A DNA stretch of 64,000 bases from Carcharhinus amblyrhynchos (lineage: Eukaryota), in contig OZ336877.1 of assembly GCA_965287045.1 (NCBI GenBank), positions 60,698,001-60,762,000 on the forward strand. Direction: 5' to 3'. Position numbers and translations under genes: made by a program. Shown here one piece after another: positions 24,127 through 37,600 of this stretch (position 1 is the first letter of the stretch; each line of letters starts with the position of its first letter). The notes under the pieces were generated by a model. It was not told the DNA's origin. It made no database searches and was given only the letters and a program-made list of their open reading frames with translations.

Positions 24127-27100
24127 CTGATCTTGGACTTCAATTCCATTTTTCCACCCATTCCCCATATGCCTGGATTTCCTACGAGAACGAAAGTTTG
24201 TTTATTCCAGTCTTAAATGTATTTGATTCTTTGGAATGGAGAATTCCAAAGATTCGCAACCCTCTGAACAAAGGAATTTCTCCATTTCTCAGTAGTAAAT
24301 GATTGGCCCCGTTTCCTGACACTGTGCCCTGTGATTTAGATTCTTCCACCAGTGGAAACAAACTCTGAGTATCTACCTTGTCAAGCCTCTTCAGAAACAT
24401 GTCTATTTCAATTATATCATCTCACATTCTTCTAACCACCTGAGAATTTAGGCCTAATTTACTCAGCGTCTCCTCATAGATCAATCCCCTCAACCCTGGG
24501 AGATGATGGCCTAGTATTATTAGCAGAGGCAATGGCCTTGTGGTATTATCGCTGGACTATTAATCCAGAAACTCAGCTAACATTCTGGTAATTCAGGTTC
24601 AAATCCAACCACGAAAGATGGTGGAATTTGAATTCAATAAAACATATCTGATAACCATGAAGCCATTGTCGATTGTTGGAAAAACCCATCTGGTTCGCTA
24701 ACGTCCTTTAGGGAAGGAAATCTGCCATCTTTACCTGGTCTGACCTATATGTGACTCCAGAGCCACAGCAATGTGGTTGACTCTCAACTGCCCTCCAAGG
24801 CCAACTCAGAATGGACAATAAATGCTGGCTGGCCAGTGACACCCATGTATAATTTTTTAAAAAACTATGGAGCTTTGCTTTACTTCAATGCAAGCATATC
24901 CTTCCTTAAATAAAACAAAACTGCACACAGTATTCCAAAGACCTGTACAGTTGTAGCAAAACATTTGTACTCCTGTATTCCAATCCACTTGCAGTATGAA
25001 CATTTGAATTAGGAGCTGAAGTAGACCTTTCAGCCCCTTGAGCCTGCTCAATGACTTGGTAAGATCATTGCTGATCTGACTGTGGTTTTAACTCTGCTTT
25101 CCTCTCCACCACCTATACCCTCTGACTCCCTTGTCAATCACAAAACTATCTAACTCTGTCTTTAAAATATTCAATGATCATGTCTCCACTGTCTCTCGGG
25201 GGAGAATTCCACAGACCTGCAACTCTTTGAGAAAAATACTTCCTTCTCATGTCTGTCTTAAATGGGAAATCCCTTAATTGTAAACTGTGTCCCCTATTTC
25301 TAGTCTCCTCCAGATGTGGGAACATCTCCTGTTAAGTCCCCTCAAGATCTTATGTGATTCTATAAGATCACCTTTCATTCTTTAAAACTACAGTGGATAC
25401 AGGCTAAGCATGTTGAACTTTTCCTGTTAGATGACCCTTTCACCCCAGGAATCAGTTGAGTGAATCTTCTCTGAATTGCTTCTAATGCAATTATGTCTTT
25501 TCCTAAGTAAGGAGACCAAACTATATACATAGGAAAAATGCTTGAATCTATTATTAAGAGGTTCTAGTGAGGCACCTAAAAAATCTTCAGAAAATCAGGT
25601 TGAATCAACATGACTACACTTGTGAAAGGGAAGTCATGTTTGACTAAATGATTAGAGTTCTTTGGTCAAGTAACAAATAACATGGATAAAGGGGGAACCT
25701 ATAAATGCGGTGTACTTGGATTTCCAAGATCTATTTATGATCTCACCAATACTCATCAATACAACTGTAATAAAACTACTTTTAAATTCTCTACCTCTTG
25801 CAATAAGCAACAGTTCTTTTCCTTTCCTATCATTTGCTATACCTGCTAATTTATTGCAACTCATATAACAGGGCACCCAGATCCCTCTGTAGCATACAGT
25901 TCTGCTACCTCTCCATTAATTAGTATTATTTCTGCCAAAGTGGACAAGTTCACATTTTTCCATATTCCCACATTTTAGCCCACTCACTTAACCTATCTTT
26001 ATCCCTCTGCAGGCTCCTTGCATGGGATTTTCCAGCCACGCTTGTCCCAAGACTGGAAAATCTTGCCTGAGGTCAAAGGACTTTTGCATGGTCTATGTCC
26101 TGCCTGCTTTGATTCCCGTGGTGGGCAGAACAGGAAAATTATGTCCTTTTCACACTTACTCATCTACCTATCTTTGTCTCATCGGCAAATTTAGGAACAT
26201 TTATTCTCTTCATTCAAATCATTGGTATCAATTGTAAATAGTTGAAGGCCCAGTACTGATCATTGTGGCACTCCACTAGTTACAGCTCACCAATGCAAAA
26301 ATAATCAACTTATCTGTACTCTCTGCTCCTGATACCTAACCAATCCTCTATCCACATTGATATCTTCCTTGTAATCCCACTCCCCTCCACACCATGAGCT
26401 CTTCTTCAAATATCTTTTGGAAATCCAAGTGCACCACACCTACAAGTTTCCCCTTTATCCATGTTGCTTGTCACTTGATCAAAGAACTCTAATAACTTAT
26501 TCAAACCTGATTTCCTTTTCACAAAACCATGTTGACTCTGCCTGATTGTGAGAAGATTTTCTAAGTGCCCACTATAACAATAATAGATTCAAGCATTTTT
26601 TCTATGACAGATGTTAGGCAAAGTGACCTATAGTTTCCTGCTTTCTGGAAACTCAAGGAGTTACATTCAGTACTTTCACATGTGATGGGACCTTGCCAGA
26701 GTCTAGGGAATTTTAGAAAATTACAACTAATGCACCCACTTTCTCCACAGTCACTTAGGATGAAGCCCATCAGGCCCTGGGCACCCATCAGTCATTGCTT
26801 CCAATAGGTTTCTCAGAACCTTTTCCCTGCTGATTGTAATTGTTCAAAGTTCCCTTCAGGGATGTTTATTTGTCTTATGCAGTGAAGACTGACACAAACT
26901 ATCTGTTCAACTCTTCTGTAATGTCTTTGTTTCCCATTTTTAATTTCTCAGACTCATTCCCTCAATGACATATACTTACTTTAGTCACTACTTTCTAAAT
27001 GCTTCTGGAAACTTACTCTTTGTTTTTATATTTCTGGTTGGCTTTCCTTCAGTCTGTAATTTCTCCCTTATTATTTTGATAGTTGTTCTATGCTGGTTTT

Positions 27101-27240
27101 TAAATCCTATCTAATCTTCTGACCTGCCACTAATCTTTACAGAATTCTATGCTTTTTCTTTGAATTTGGTGTTACTTTAACTTCTACAGCTGGACACAGA
27201 TGATGCAACTTTCTCCTTGAGTAACGCACACACTGGAGTC
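24127..27240 (-). mobile_element. Cluster of CR1 LINE fragments, mostly minus strand (plus-strand piece ~25530-25735)
   Basis: ORF remnants LKRLDKVDTQSLFPLVEES, GNYRSLCLTSVIEKMLESII and YNCTGLWNT, plus CR1 tail text ttcagccccttgagcctgct. Confidence 0.8.
24498..24862 (+). mobile_element. tRNA-derived SINE carrying the 3' tail of the CR1-group LINE seen at 12086
   Basis: Head ggcaatggccttgtggtattatcgctggact...ggttcaaatcc, body aaaaacccatctggttcgctaacgtcctttagggaaggaaatctgcc, tail aataaatgctggctggccagtgacaccca. Minus-strand relatives at ~8920-9185, ~32550-32890 and ~59650-60035. Confidence 0.8.
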
Positions 27241-27261
27241 CTTGTGCTGAGGTTCCCTTGT

Positions 27262-27433
27262 TTTTGATTTGATTTATTATTGTCACCCATATTAGTATAC
27301 AGTGAGAAGTATTGTTTCTTGTACACTATACAGACAGAGCATACTGTACATAGAGAAGGAAAGGAGAAAGTGCGGAATGTAGTGTTACAGTCATAGCTGT
27401 AGGGTGTAGAGAAAGATCAACTTAATGCAAGGT
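27262..27433 (-). mobile_element. LINE 3' end with (ATCAA)n-type tail (Rex1/L2-like)
   Basis: tttgatttgatttattattgtcac...tagtatacagtgagaagtattgtttcttg is a reverse-complemented LINE tail. Confidence 0.55.
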
Positions 27434-27729
27434 TGCACGCCCCATACATTGGAGCCCTTGCATTCACACCATATTAAAAGCCAGCCACAAAGAAGCCGTA
27501 CTGGAGACTTGCTTGTGATGTCCCCTGAATCCACGGCGTCACTACCTTTCATTTCTGTCAGGTATCCTAGTGAGTCCTGTGCTGAGTTGTGTGAGCTCTG
27601 AGTTACCCTGAAAGTTTGGGTTGTCAGCTACACATCTTTTAAAAGGAATTGTAAATCACACCATTCTCCTTTCATGCCAATGAAATTTGATATGGGGCAT
27701 GTGGCCACAATAATGAAATGTAAATGCAT

Positions 27730-28620
27730 CATAAAAACTTTCACAAAATTTGATGGTGGTAGGGAACAATCGGTTCCTGGTTTTATGTCACTGGAAGAAT
27801 GCCTAGAGCTTTCTCATGATATTTTGCAATCAAGCATGTCCTTCCTGATTGGGCACGGAAAGTCCTAGCCACATTCTTCTTGATTTCTCATGTTTTTCTA
27901 AGCCCATTCTCCTTGAAGTCTTGTTGTTTGAGGCCCTGCTCTTCTCAAAGTCTCACTATTTTATATGTTTTTTTAAAGGTCAATATGCCATTTGCCTCTC
28001 TAACTGTTTGCTATACCTGCATGTTACATCACACAAGCACACCCAAGTCTCTCTGAAAATCATTTACAATGTTTATACTTTCCAAAAATATTCTGTTTTG
28101 CTATTCTTATGACAAAGTGAATAGCTTTGTACTTCCTGTGTTATATTCCATCTACCACCTTGTTGCCCATTCATTTAACCTGGCTATATAATTTAGAATC
28201 TCTGTGCCTTTCCCATAACTTATATTTCCAATTATCTTTGTATCATCAACAAACCCGAATACATTACCCTCTGTCATCATCATTAGAGTCAATATAGTTT
28301 GTAAATAGCTGAGGTTCAGCACTGACCCTTGTGGCACTCCACAAGTCACACCTAACTTGAAAATGCCTGATTTATGCCAACTCCTTGCTTCCTGTTGAGT
28401 AACCAATTTTCTACCCTTGCTAATATATTATCCAACTCCATGAGCCCTTATTTTGTAAAATAATCTTTTGTGTGGTATTTGATCAAATTACTTTTGGAAA
28501 TTCAGGTATACTACATCTACCGGTTCCCCATCTACCCTATAAGTTGCATCCTCAAAAAACTCTAATAAATTTGTCAAAACAGGAGTTCTGTCCCGTAAAA
28601 TCATTTTGAGATTCTTTCAG
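27730..28620 (-). mobile_element. CR1 RT fragment
   Basis: ORF 28152..28406 contains VTCGVPQGSVL and FVDDTKI..RLNEWATRW (RT motifs). Confidence 0.85.
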
Positions 28621-28699
28621 GTTGTATAGATGAGAGCTGCTAGGTAGATGAGTGAACTGACCATGGCACTGTAGTATAGGAAATCATTCAAGCAGGGGA

Positions 28700-30460
28700 G
28701 TTAATAGGAATGAAGTGGTAGCAGGGGACAGTATAGTCAGGTGGATAGACAGGATAAAGTGAGAATCTAGAACTTGCTCTCTATCTGGTGCCAGGGTTCA
28801 GAACATCTGTTCTCAGTCAGAGATGAACTTGCAGTGGCGTACTGAACACCATGTTGTCATAGTCCATTTAGGTACCAATAACATAGGTCGGACAAGGAAA
28901 GACGTTCTGTTGAGGGAGTATGAGTAGTTTGAATTAAAAAGCAAAATTCAAGGGTAATTATGTCTGGATGGTTACCTGAGCCATGAGAAATTAGCATTAG
29001 GTAAATAGGATTTGAGAGTTGAATGCATGGCTCCAAGATTAACGTGGGAGAAATGGTTTTAATTTAAGGAGCATTGGAGTGGTGTTCACCTGTGCTGTCC
29101 AATATTCTGACAGGTCTTATTACTAAGGTAGTAGAGAGGGTTTTAAACTAATTAATGAGGGAGAGGAATGAAGTGAGGGAAGATATAAATTAAAGGGAGA
29201 AAATGGTAAAAGAGCAAGATAGCAAAAGGATAATGATCAGGGTGTGGGAGGAAGGGACAGTCAGTACAAGTTTAAGCATGCCTTCAGTTAGGGCTTGAGA
29301 TTGCAAATTAGTAAAAAGACAAAACTAAAGGCTCTGTATCTGAACATATGTTGTATTCAGAACAAAATGAATGAATTGACAGTACAAATAGAAATAAATA
29401 TATCTGATCTAATAATCCTTATAGAGACATGGCTGTAAGAGGTGGCACAGTGGTTAACATTGCTGCTTCACAGCACCACGGACCTAGGTCCAATTCTGGC
29501 CTTGGGTGATTGTGTGTAGTTTGCACATTCTCCCTGTGTCTGCATGGGTTTCCTGCAGATGCTACAATTTTCTCCAGGCAGGTCAGATGGATTGGCCATG
29601 CTAAATTGCCCCTTAATGCCCAAAGGTGTGTAGGAAAGATGAGTTAGCCATGGTAAACATGAATTCTGTTTCTCTTTTGACAAATGCGGCCAGTCCTGGT
29701 AAGGTTTCCAGCATTTTCTGTTCTTATTTCAGAAAGCAGGCTGTCCTAGATCTGGTATTAGCAATAAGACAAGATGAATTAATGACTTCATAGTAAAGAA
29801 ACTCCTTGGAAGTAGCTAACATTGCATGATTGAATTTTGTATCCAATTTAAGGGAGGGAAGAATGATTAGGAAGGCAAATGGTTGTTGCTGTTTATTACA
29901 AGAGGACAGAATATATAAGTAGGGAAGTTTTGCTACAATTGTACAGGGCTTTGATATGACCACATTGAGAGTACTGTGCAGTTTTTGTCTCTTTATTTAG
30001 AAATGATATAATTGTATTAAAAGCAATTCATAGACTGTTCACTCAACTGATGCCTAGGATGAAGGGGTTATCTTACGAGGAAAGTTGGGCAGGTTTGATC
30101 TCTATCCATTGGAGTTTAGAAGACTGGGAGGTAATCTTAATGAAACATATCAGACCCTGAGGGGACTTGACATTTTCTCTATGGGAGAGACTGGAACTCG
30201 GGTTTCCCATTTAAGGTGGAGGTATGGAAAAATCTTTTCTCTCATGGATCATGCATCTGTGGAATTGTCTTTCTCAGAGAGCAGTGGAGGTAGGGTCAAT
30301 GAATATTTTTAAGGCAGAGTTAAATAGATTTTTGACTAACATGAGAGAGAAAGAATAAAGGGAGTAGGCAGGAAAATGGAGTTGAGGCCACAATCAGATT
30401 AGCCATTATCTTCAGAGCAGTTCTGAAGGTCTGAATAGCCTACTGCTGCTTCTAATTCGT
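28700..30460 (+). mobile_element. CR1 LINE with ORF1 esterase (SGNH/GDSL-like) remnant and deleted ORF2, interrupted by SINE and Penelope pieces at 29441-29730
   Basis: VVAGDSIVRWIDR...SGARVQNI...VIVHLGTNNIGR (ORF1 esterase), endonuclease start LYLN...LIETWL, RT C-terminus LYPLEFRRLGGNLNETY, and 3' tail gaatagcctactgctgcttctaattc. Confidence 0.8.
29441..29665 (+). mobile_element. HE1/V-SINE-type SINE
   Basis: ggtggcacagtggttaacattgctgc...tttgcacattctccctgtgtctgcatgggtttcc...gattggccatgctaaattgcccctt. Confidence 0.88.
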
Positions 30461-31084
30461 AAGTTCACATGTACATAAACAATAATGAATAAGCACAAAA
30501 AATGCACACAAATAAATATATTCTGTTCATATTGTTTGCAATGGCTCTTCAGACATTGAAAAAGACAAATAAAACCAGCTGCACCGCCCATGACTTTAAT
30601 TCTTGCCTTCCACCCAGCAGCTATATGATCACCTGGAGGGAGCAAAATTAATGGAGGAAACTTAGGTCAATTTAGAAAAAGAACTTTCCATCTTTTTGTT
30701 CAATTATGTTTGTCAGTCTTGGAAACTTGTCCATTCCTTCTTTTGAATGCCCACTTTTTAACTTCATCATCATCCATTTCTATTTGTCATTGAAGATGAT
30801 AGATTCTTGTGTGAGTATAATCATTCATTGTCCATTTTAAAGTGGCTGTCAGGACTGAATTTAGCCTGTGTTGCTTTTTACAGTAGGGGCAAGGATAAAT
30901 TTTGTTGGGATCATCCATTATTCCTAGTTTGCCTTTTATCCTTAGCTGCCTTAATTATTGGCTGTTCAAAGGAAGCAGCGCCACTACTTGAGCTTGCTCC
31001 CCAAGTAGTTCTTTCCTGTACATGTTTCTCCCAGTTCTGGGTGGATATATCACATTTTAAATTAATAAAAGCCAAGTCTTGTGG

Positions 31085-31602
31085 AAGTTGGAAATCTGAA
31101 ATAAAAAGAGAAGGTGCTAGAAATACTCTGTAGGTCTGTCATCATCTGTAGAGAGAGAAACAGAGTTAATGTTTTGAGTCAATGACTCTATTTCATCTAA
31201 AGAAGTCATATTCAACTCAAAACATTAATTCTGTTTTTCTCTCCACAGATGCTGCCACATGGGTGGCACAGTGGTGCAATGGTTAATACTGCTGCCTTAC
31301 AATGCTAGGCACCCAGGTTTGATTCCTGCCTTGGTCATTGACTCTGTGGAGTCTCTATATTTTCCCCACATCTGCGTGGGTTTCCTTCAGATTTTCCAGT
31401 TTTCATTCACAGTCTGAAAGATGTGCTGGTTAGATGCATTGACCATTCTAAATTCTCTCTGTGTACCTGAATAGGCACTGGAATATGGCAACTAGGGGAT
31501 TTTTACAGTAACTTCACTGCAGTGTTAATGTAAGCCTACTTGTAACACTAATAAACAAACTTAAAAATATTTGTAGCATATTCTGTTTTTATTCCACATC
31601 TG
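31085..31602. mobile_element. Palindromic Penelope-derived element interrupted by a SINE
   Basis: Inverted arms 31143-31179 and 31215-31251 (34/37 complementary). The right arm continues at ~31567-31600 after the SINE. Confidence 0.75.
31261..31563 (+). mobile_element. HE1/V-SINE-type SINE, alternative-tail subfamily
   Basis: Standard head and core, then tail ctaggggatttttacagtaacttcactgcagtgttaatgtaagcctacttgtaacactaataaac. Confidence 0.9.
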
Positions 31603-34600
31603 AACTTACTTTTTAATTTCCTGTAACAGTAATAGGAAACTGGAATATTAAAGTTACATGAATATCTCACTTCTATGTGGGGTAAAATTAAACTCCTTGT
31701 TTCTCAATTCTGTTTCTTAAATACAGAATAATAGTGTTTCAATGTAATATCAGAACAAGGCTAAAAATAAGATAAATTATTTTGGAGGAAGAGACAAGTT
31801 ATAAAGCAGTAGATAAATTGTACAAGAACATTGTGAAAGGAGCTGCAAGAATTAGATGGTTCTTAGACACAGATTCACTTGTCTCCTTGATGAAATTGAT
31901 AACATTTTTATGTTCATCTAAGAACTATTTTTAGTGATCATGTATTTTGTCTTACAAATATATTTAGAAATTTGCATATTCATAATTGAGATATTCTGAA
32001 AATGCTTCTTTATTTTAACACAGAATAAGATGCATTCTCATGGTAATTGCCCATTTTACACTCATCTTTACTGAACAGCCAATAATATCAGCACACTAAC
32101 TGCACACTATCAATTTATAGAAAGCCTATCCACTTCACTTAGCGTTTATCACCTTGTGCAGTGAACCATTGCATCACACATTAACACAAAAAGTGCTATT
32201 TGTTCAGGACTTTTTTCTAATAATGAAAGTAATTCCTTTTGTGTTGTGGAATTGTTAGAAACAAACCTGAATATAAATGCCATATATATGTTACCAATAT
32301 TATCAAAGAGGCAAGTGAATTTGTACCTAAGGACAACCAAATTCTCTGAATCATTTGTCAACCGTAAGACAAGATGCTTAAGCGTTTATCTACAACAGGT
32401 ACCCATTTGGAGAAATCAATAGTTTTTATTTATATCATAAATTTTATAGACAGGAATATTTTAAAACATTATTTTAGAGCTTTATTTTGCTATGTAAAGC
32501 AAACTACTTTAACTCTCTTTTTTCCTAGCATTGTGGTATTAATAGCACTTCTTGTTTTATTTATTCCCAGGATGTAGGTGTCATTACAATTTAGCACATA
32601 CAGTCCATTGCTAGTTGCTCTGGGAAGATGGTAATACAACTGCATGCCTTATTAGGCCACTTCAAAAGACAGTAAATGGGTTTAGGAAGCAAGTCACATG
32701 TAGGCCATGAGTTCACATCAGTCAACCAACTGACCTTTATGACAACCAGGCAACTCCATGGTCACTTTTATTAATATGAGCTTTTTCATATTAATATCTC
32801 ATATTATTTTCCATTTTTTCTTAAACTGCTTTTAAATATTTTCTGGATTTAATAATCCAACTGTTAGGATTATTAGTTTAATAATATAATGAGGAGGCTA
32901 TTGGAAACCTCATCTCTACCAATGTAAGTAGTTGTGTCTATATATTGCATGTTTTTCACGGCAAAGTATACACTTTTCCCTCACCTTACACAAATATGAA
33001 GAGATTTTAGGCTATGGTACTGATTGACAGTCCTATACAAAGCTATTATTTAAAATTTTAATTGAACCAACTGTTAACAAAGAGGTTATCAGTAAGGTAA
33101 ACCCAATGAAATCTTCAAAGATGTTTTGGGACAATCTTGACGTTAAGTAATGCTAATTGGAAAATTAATTAATGTAATTAAATTATTCACTCTTCTCTGT
33201 TTAATTAATGATCAACATATTGTGTATTCATATATCTGGGCCTCTTGTGTTGTCATAGCATTTACCTCCAATCAGCGGCAAAAGAATGGCATAACTGCAG
33301 ACCTTCCTTTCCTAAGTAAAGAATAATCATGTGACATTATTTTTATCTAAGTTATAAGACTCATTTTATAGGCAATAAAGTTTACATATTACAGGTATGG
33401 ATTACTGAAATAAAGATAATTAAATAAGAAGTTCTGAGCTTTTTGGGCTTTAGGTGCATACATCTATACCACAAAAACCAAAGAGACATGTTTAAGATCA
33501 CAGTTCCCCAAATAGTTTCAATGAGGCTGGGAGGGTATTATTGAAGGATATTGTGTGTCTTAGAGCACCTGGGTTATATCTGTGGAGACCTGAAAGTCAC
33601 TTATCCATCTTTAATGACAATTTTTTAAATAAAACACATAATAACAGATAAGGAAGTAATTGTATTTTAAAGTGGGAGAGAGTGCATCAAATTTCCTTAG
33701 CATTGTATCCATTCCACTCTCTTAACCCATGGAAAGGAAGACAGAAATCAAATTTGTGGCTATAAGTAAGGATTCTGCCACTCTTCAGCAGTAGAATGGG
33801 AGAAACGCCGAGAAAATTCTGAATCTATATCATTGTTTAAAATAATTTACTGTAATTCTGATTAAGTGGAGTGTAAAAAGCCGGTCTTACTCCATACAGT
33901 TGAAGCGTGTAACCAGAGTTTGGTAGTTAGCTTTATGGGTTGCAAAGAAGTAAGCAATTTCTATTGAAATTGCAAGTTTCCAACTGACAGTAACACTGTT
34001 CAGTCAGTATGGTTATTGTCCATTGTGGAGTCTGATTGTGATTGCAATACATTCACAGCTTATGAATTGTACTTTGCACTATATCACCCCTGCTACCCAA
34101 CATCCTCCTAATGGGCTCAGACCTGTGGCAGACAGTTGCTTAACGACTAACTAAAGACTGCTTCATTTGAATGAATGGTTATTGGTGTTCTATGGGTTGA
34201 GCAGGCAACAAGATGATGCACCCCATGATAGAATATTTGTAAATCATTGAACCTGGGTGACAGACAAAGCAATTCAAAATCTGAGGCAAGCAGGTCTCAG
34301 TATTTCTGGATAATGTTGATGATTGAACAGCAGCTAATGTGGCACATTGATTGAAGGGGTAGCCCTATCTTTGGAGCAGGAGTTCTTGCCACTTGGCCTC
34401 AGATTGCCCTGCGAGGCAGTTGTTAATGGGTATTGTGGTCCTAGTTAAATAATATTTGCATTCATAGATTGCCATTTTAAAGTGCTTCATAAAATTAATT
34501 ACATTTGAAGTGAAGTGGCTGTATGTAGTTGGACGAGCAGGAATGATCTATCCATCCTGGTAAAATGTACAGTGTTATCAGTTAAATGTTAGGGCACAAT

Positions 34601-37600
34601 TATACATACCTGGGAGTTCTTTGATCCTTGCCAAACTGCATCTAAGTTCTCTTCTGAAATAGCCTGAACACTGGGTAGCAGGCAGACAGAACCTGTTTAT
34701 GTAGTTTCAAGGGTTTGAGACTTTTAATTAGGGTAGTGGCTTTTTACAAGTATCATATATCAGGTCGATGCAAATGTTCCAATATCTGCTTCCCATAGTT
34801 CATCTCCTAAATATTGAAATAATTCAAGGTACTAAAACCCTCACATTTCTATATGTAACTGTCTGTTTTTTTGATGAAGCTTTGTCTACACTACAGTCAT
34901 TAACTCTGACTTGTTCTGAATTTTCAATTGTGCAAAATAGACTCAAAAAATGGATAAAGCTTCCTTGTGATGATATTGATTTCAAACTGAGTTTGAAGCA
35001 GATGAGTTCTACTCAAGCTAATGTCAAGATCTGTATCACAATCCCAACTGCTTTCCTTGGCTATCTAGAATTATTAAGTATAATTATTAATCATTATTTT
35101 GCAAAACCACATTTACCTGATCTTTTCTTATTGGTAAACATTTATAAAATTCACTACAGAATAACCATTGTAACAAAACAAATTTGATTTAAGAATCTAT
35201 AATTTGATTTCTTAATTTTTATATTCCAGCAATACTTTTGCCGGACACCATTAACTTAAACAAAATATTTCTTCAAGAGAGTAGATTTGGAAAGATAGCT
35301 CAGCTTGTGTTTACAAAGTATTTCAGAGACCAAAGCTTTAACTCCAAAACTTGTACTACTCTGATAAATGAAAGCTTCTGTAAGTCACAGTAATAATATA
35401 TGTTAAATACAAGCAAACAATTGAAAGGCTTGGAACTAATGGATATTTTTAAATTTATAAAGAAAGTGAGGACCAATTCAAATCAGCTAGAATAGATCAA
35501 GAAACATTTCACTAATACCTTCCTTCAGTAGCTATGCCTAACCTCCACTGGAAAACTCTATATAGACTCAAAAGACTTTTCAGAACTAGTTACTTCAGCC
35601 TTCCTCTACATCTGTAAATATTTTGATTATACAATAAGTATTTTTAATTGTGTCAATGTGACAAAATTATGCTGTGTTTGAAGGAGATCACAACGGAAGT
35701 TAACCATAGTTTGAATTTATAAAATTATTGATAATTTGGGATAGATCAACACTTCTTTGCTAATATTTGAATATATCTAGGAATGAACCTGCGATGCTTT
35801 TATTATTGGAGAATTAAATGATTCATCTTTTTTAATAAATTATATTACAAGACTGCTAACCATTTCTTGTCAGTATATGCTGTTGTCTAATAGAATACAA
35901 CCTACTGTCCTAAGATAGTTTAGCCATTTTGAACTTAGTATTTAACTGTTCCTGATAATTGGTCAGGGATCTATAGCTGTAATGATTCATTTTATGCTTC
36001 AGTGTACCAATAGTTTTGGAAATTGTTACAGGAATTTGATTATCCAGGTGACTAGCTCAGGAAACAGGAGATGAAGAGTAGTTATTTTGTACAGAAGTTT
36101 ATAACTTGTTAATGCTGACTCTATTAATAAACTGAATTAAAATATCCTTATGATGTTGCTCTGAATGCATTATCCAAATACCCTCCATCGTTTGTATTAC
36201 ATTTTGTATTTTACAGATCAGCGTTTGATTATCAAGTATGTAATTTTCAAAATGTCATAATAAAATGTTTGCCACAGATCATAAACTTCAGCTTTTTATT
36301 TCCCATAACATGTCAGCCTTTCTGATTGGCTATTAATAAAAAATAATTAACAGACTTTAGACTGAATGGGTGCATCTGAGTGTGTTATAGCGGACTAACA
36401 ATGCGTTAATGATAGTGGGTAAGATTGAAATGGAACTGGGCGAATGAGACAAATTGTATCAAGGCATGCAGCCATAATGATATCAACCACAGTAATCTCT
36501 CAATCAATTCCATCTGTAAGCACAGACCGGATAGCAAATTATATACAGTACCTCTCACAGTATGTGACTTACTGTGAAAACATAATCAATTATAAAACAA
36601 AATTGGAAAAAAAACATAGCTTCATCTAACATTAACATACATTCCTTAGCTTCTCGCTCAAATAAACACAGGACCTTAGCAGAATCTGTTTCATGCCCAC
36701 ATTCCTGTCGCGTTTTCAGCAGTTGCTGTAACAGTTGTAATGTCAAATTAGTTACTTTCCAAGTTCGTGCTTAAGATGTCTTCTTTTGGATAAAAATCCA
36801 TTAATGCTGTAAATTTCTTTCCACATAAAATAAAAGTTACATAAACTCTGGTCTGATGCTTTGTCAAAGAATAGGGTTTGGTGGCGGGAAGTTATTCGCT
36901 TGGCATAATGAAATGTTGCATCAAGTTTTAAACAATATGTCCTTGAACAACTCCGAAAATGGATAGAGAGCTGCTCGTTTTATACTACGTGGTGAAATGG
37001 CCAATACAACTATAATTTATAACTAGCTTTGTCATAAAGAATTGCACGTGAGGTTGTATATCCAAGTCTGTGCGCGCCTATTGAAAGATTATCACATTCG
37101 ACAATCAGACGGAAGTGTATTCTTCTTCTACTGTATAGTGTCTGTTGAAGTAAACAGTGCCTTGTCTATATAGTTTAGACCTTTATTAATAGTAATAAAC
37201 CACGCCTCTGCCTGCGTCTCGAGGTCAGGAAGCCAATTTCTCCTTCATTGTCACAGCTCTAAAGTATATTCGCACGGAGACAGAGTAACGTTGACATCCA
37301 TTACCTTTACATTGCAATTCTAACGCTAGTGATGTTAACTGCGGCTCGTCAAAACGTGGTAATTATTTCTCAAAGTCTAAAAGCGCATTATCGCCTCTTT
37401 TTTTCCAGCGGTATAGTAATTAGTTACCATAGCATCTAATACGTAAATGTGCCCTGAGCACACCATTAACAGTTAAACGGAGGATTCAATTTAACACATG
37501 ATTATATCTTTCATAAGTCATTACATTATGAAAGTCAATGTCACTCATGCTGGGACAACCATAGGATTAGAATCGCTCTTCGACCAAGAACTCTGTTGTA

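Noticed and set aside
33760-34440. Possible very old Harbinger remnant
   Set aside because: A few suggestive words only; I could not recover convincing TIRs or transposase motifs.
34768-35187. 139-aa ORF in AT-rich DNA (similar cases at 6460-6831 and 45168-45542)
   Set aside because: No domain similarity, composition typical of AT-rich non-coding sequence, and no supporting exon structure.
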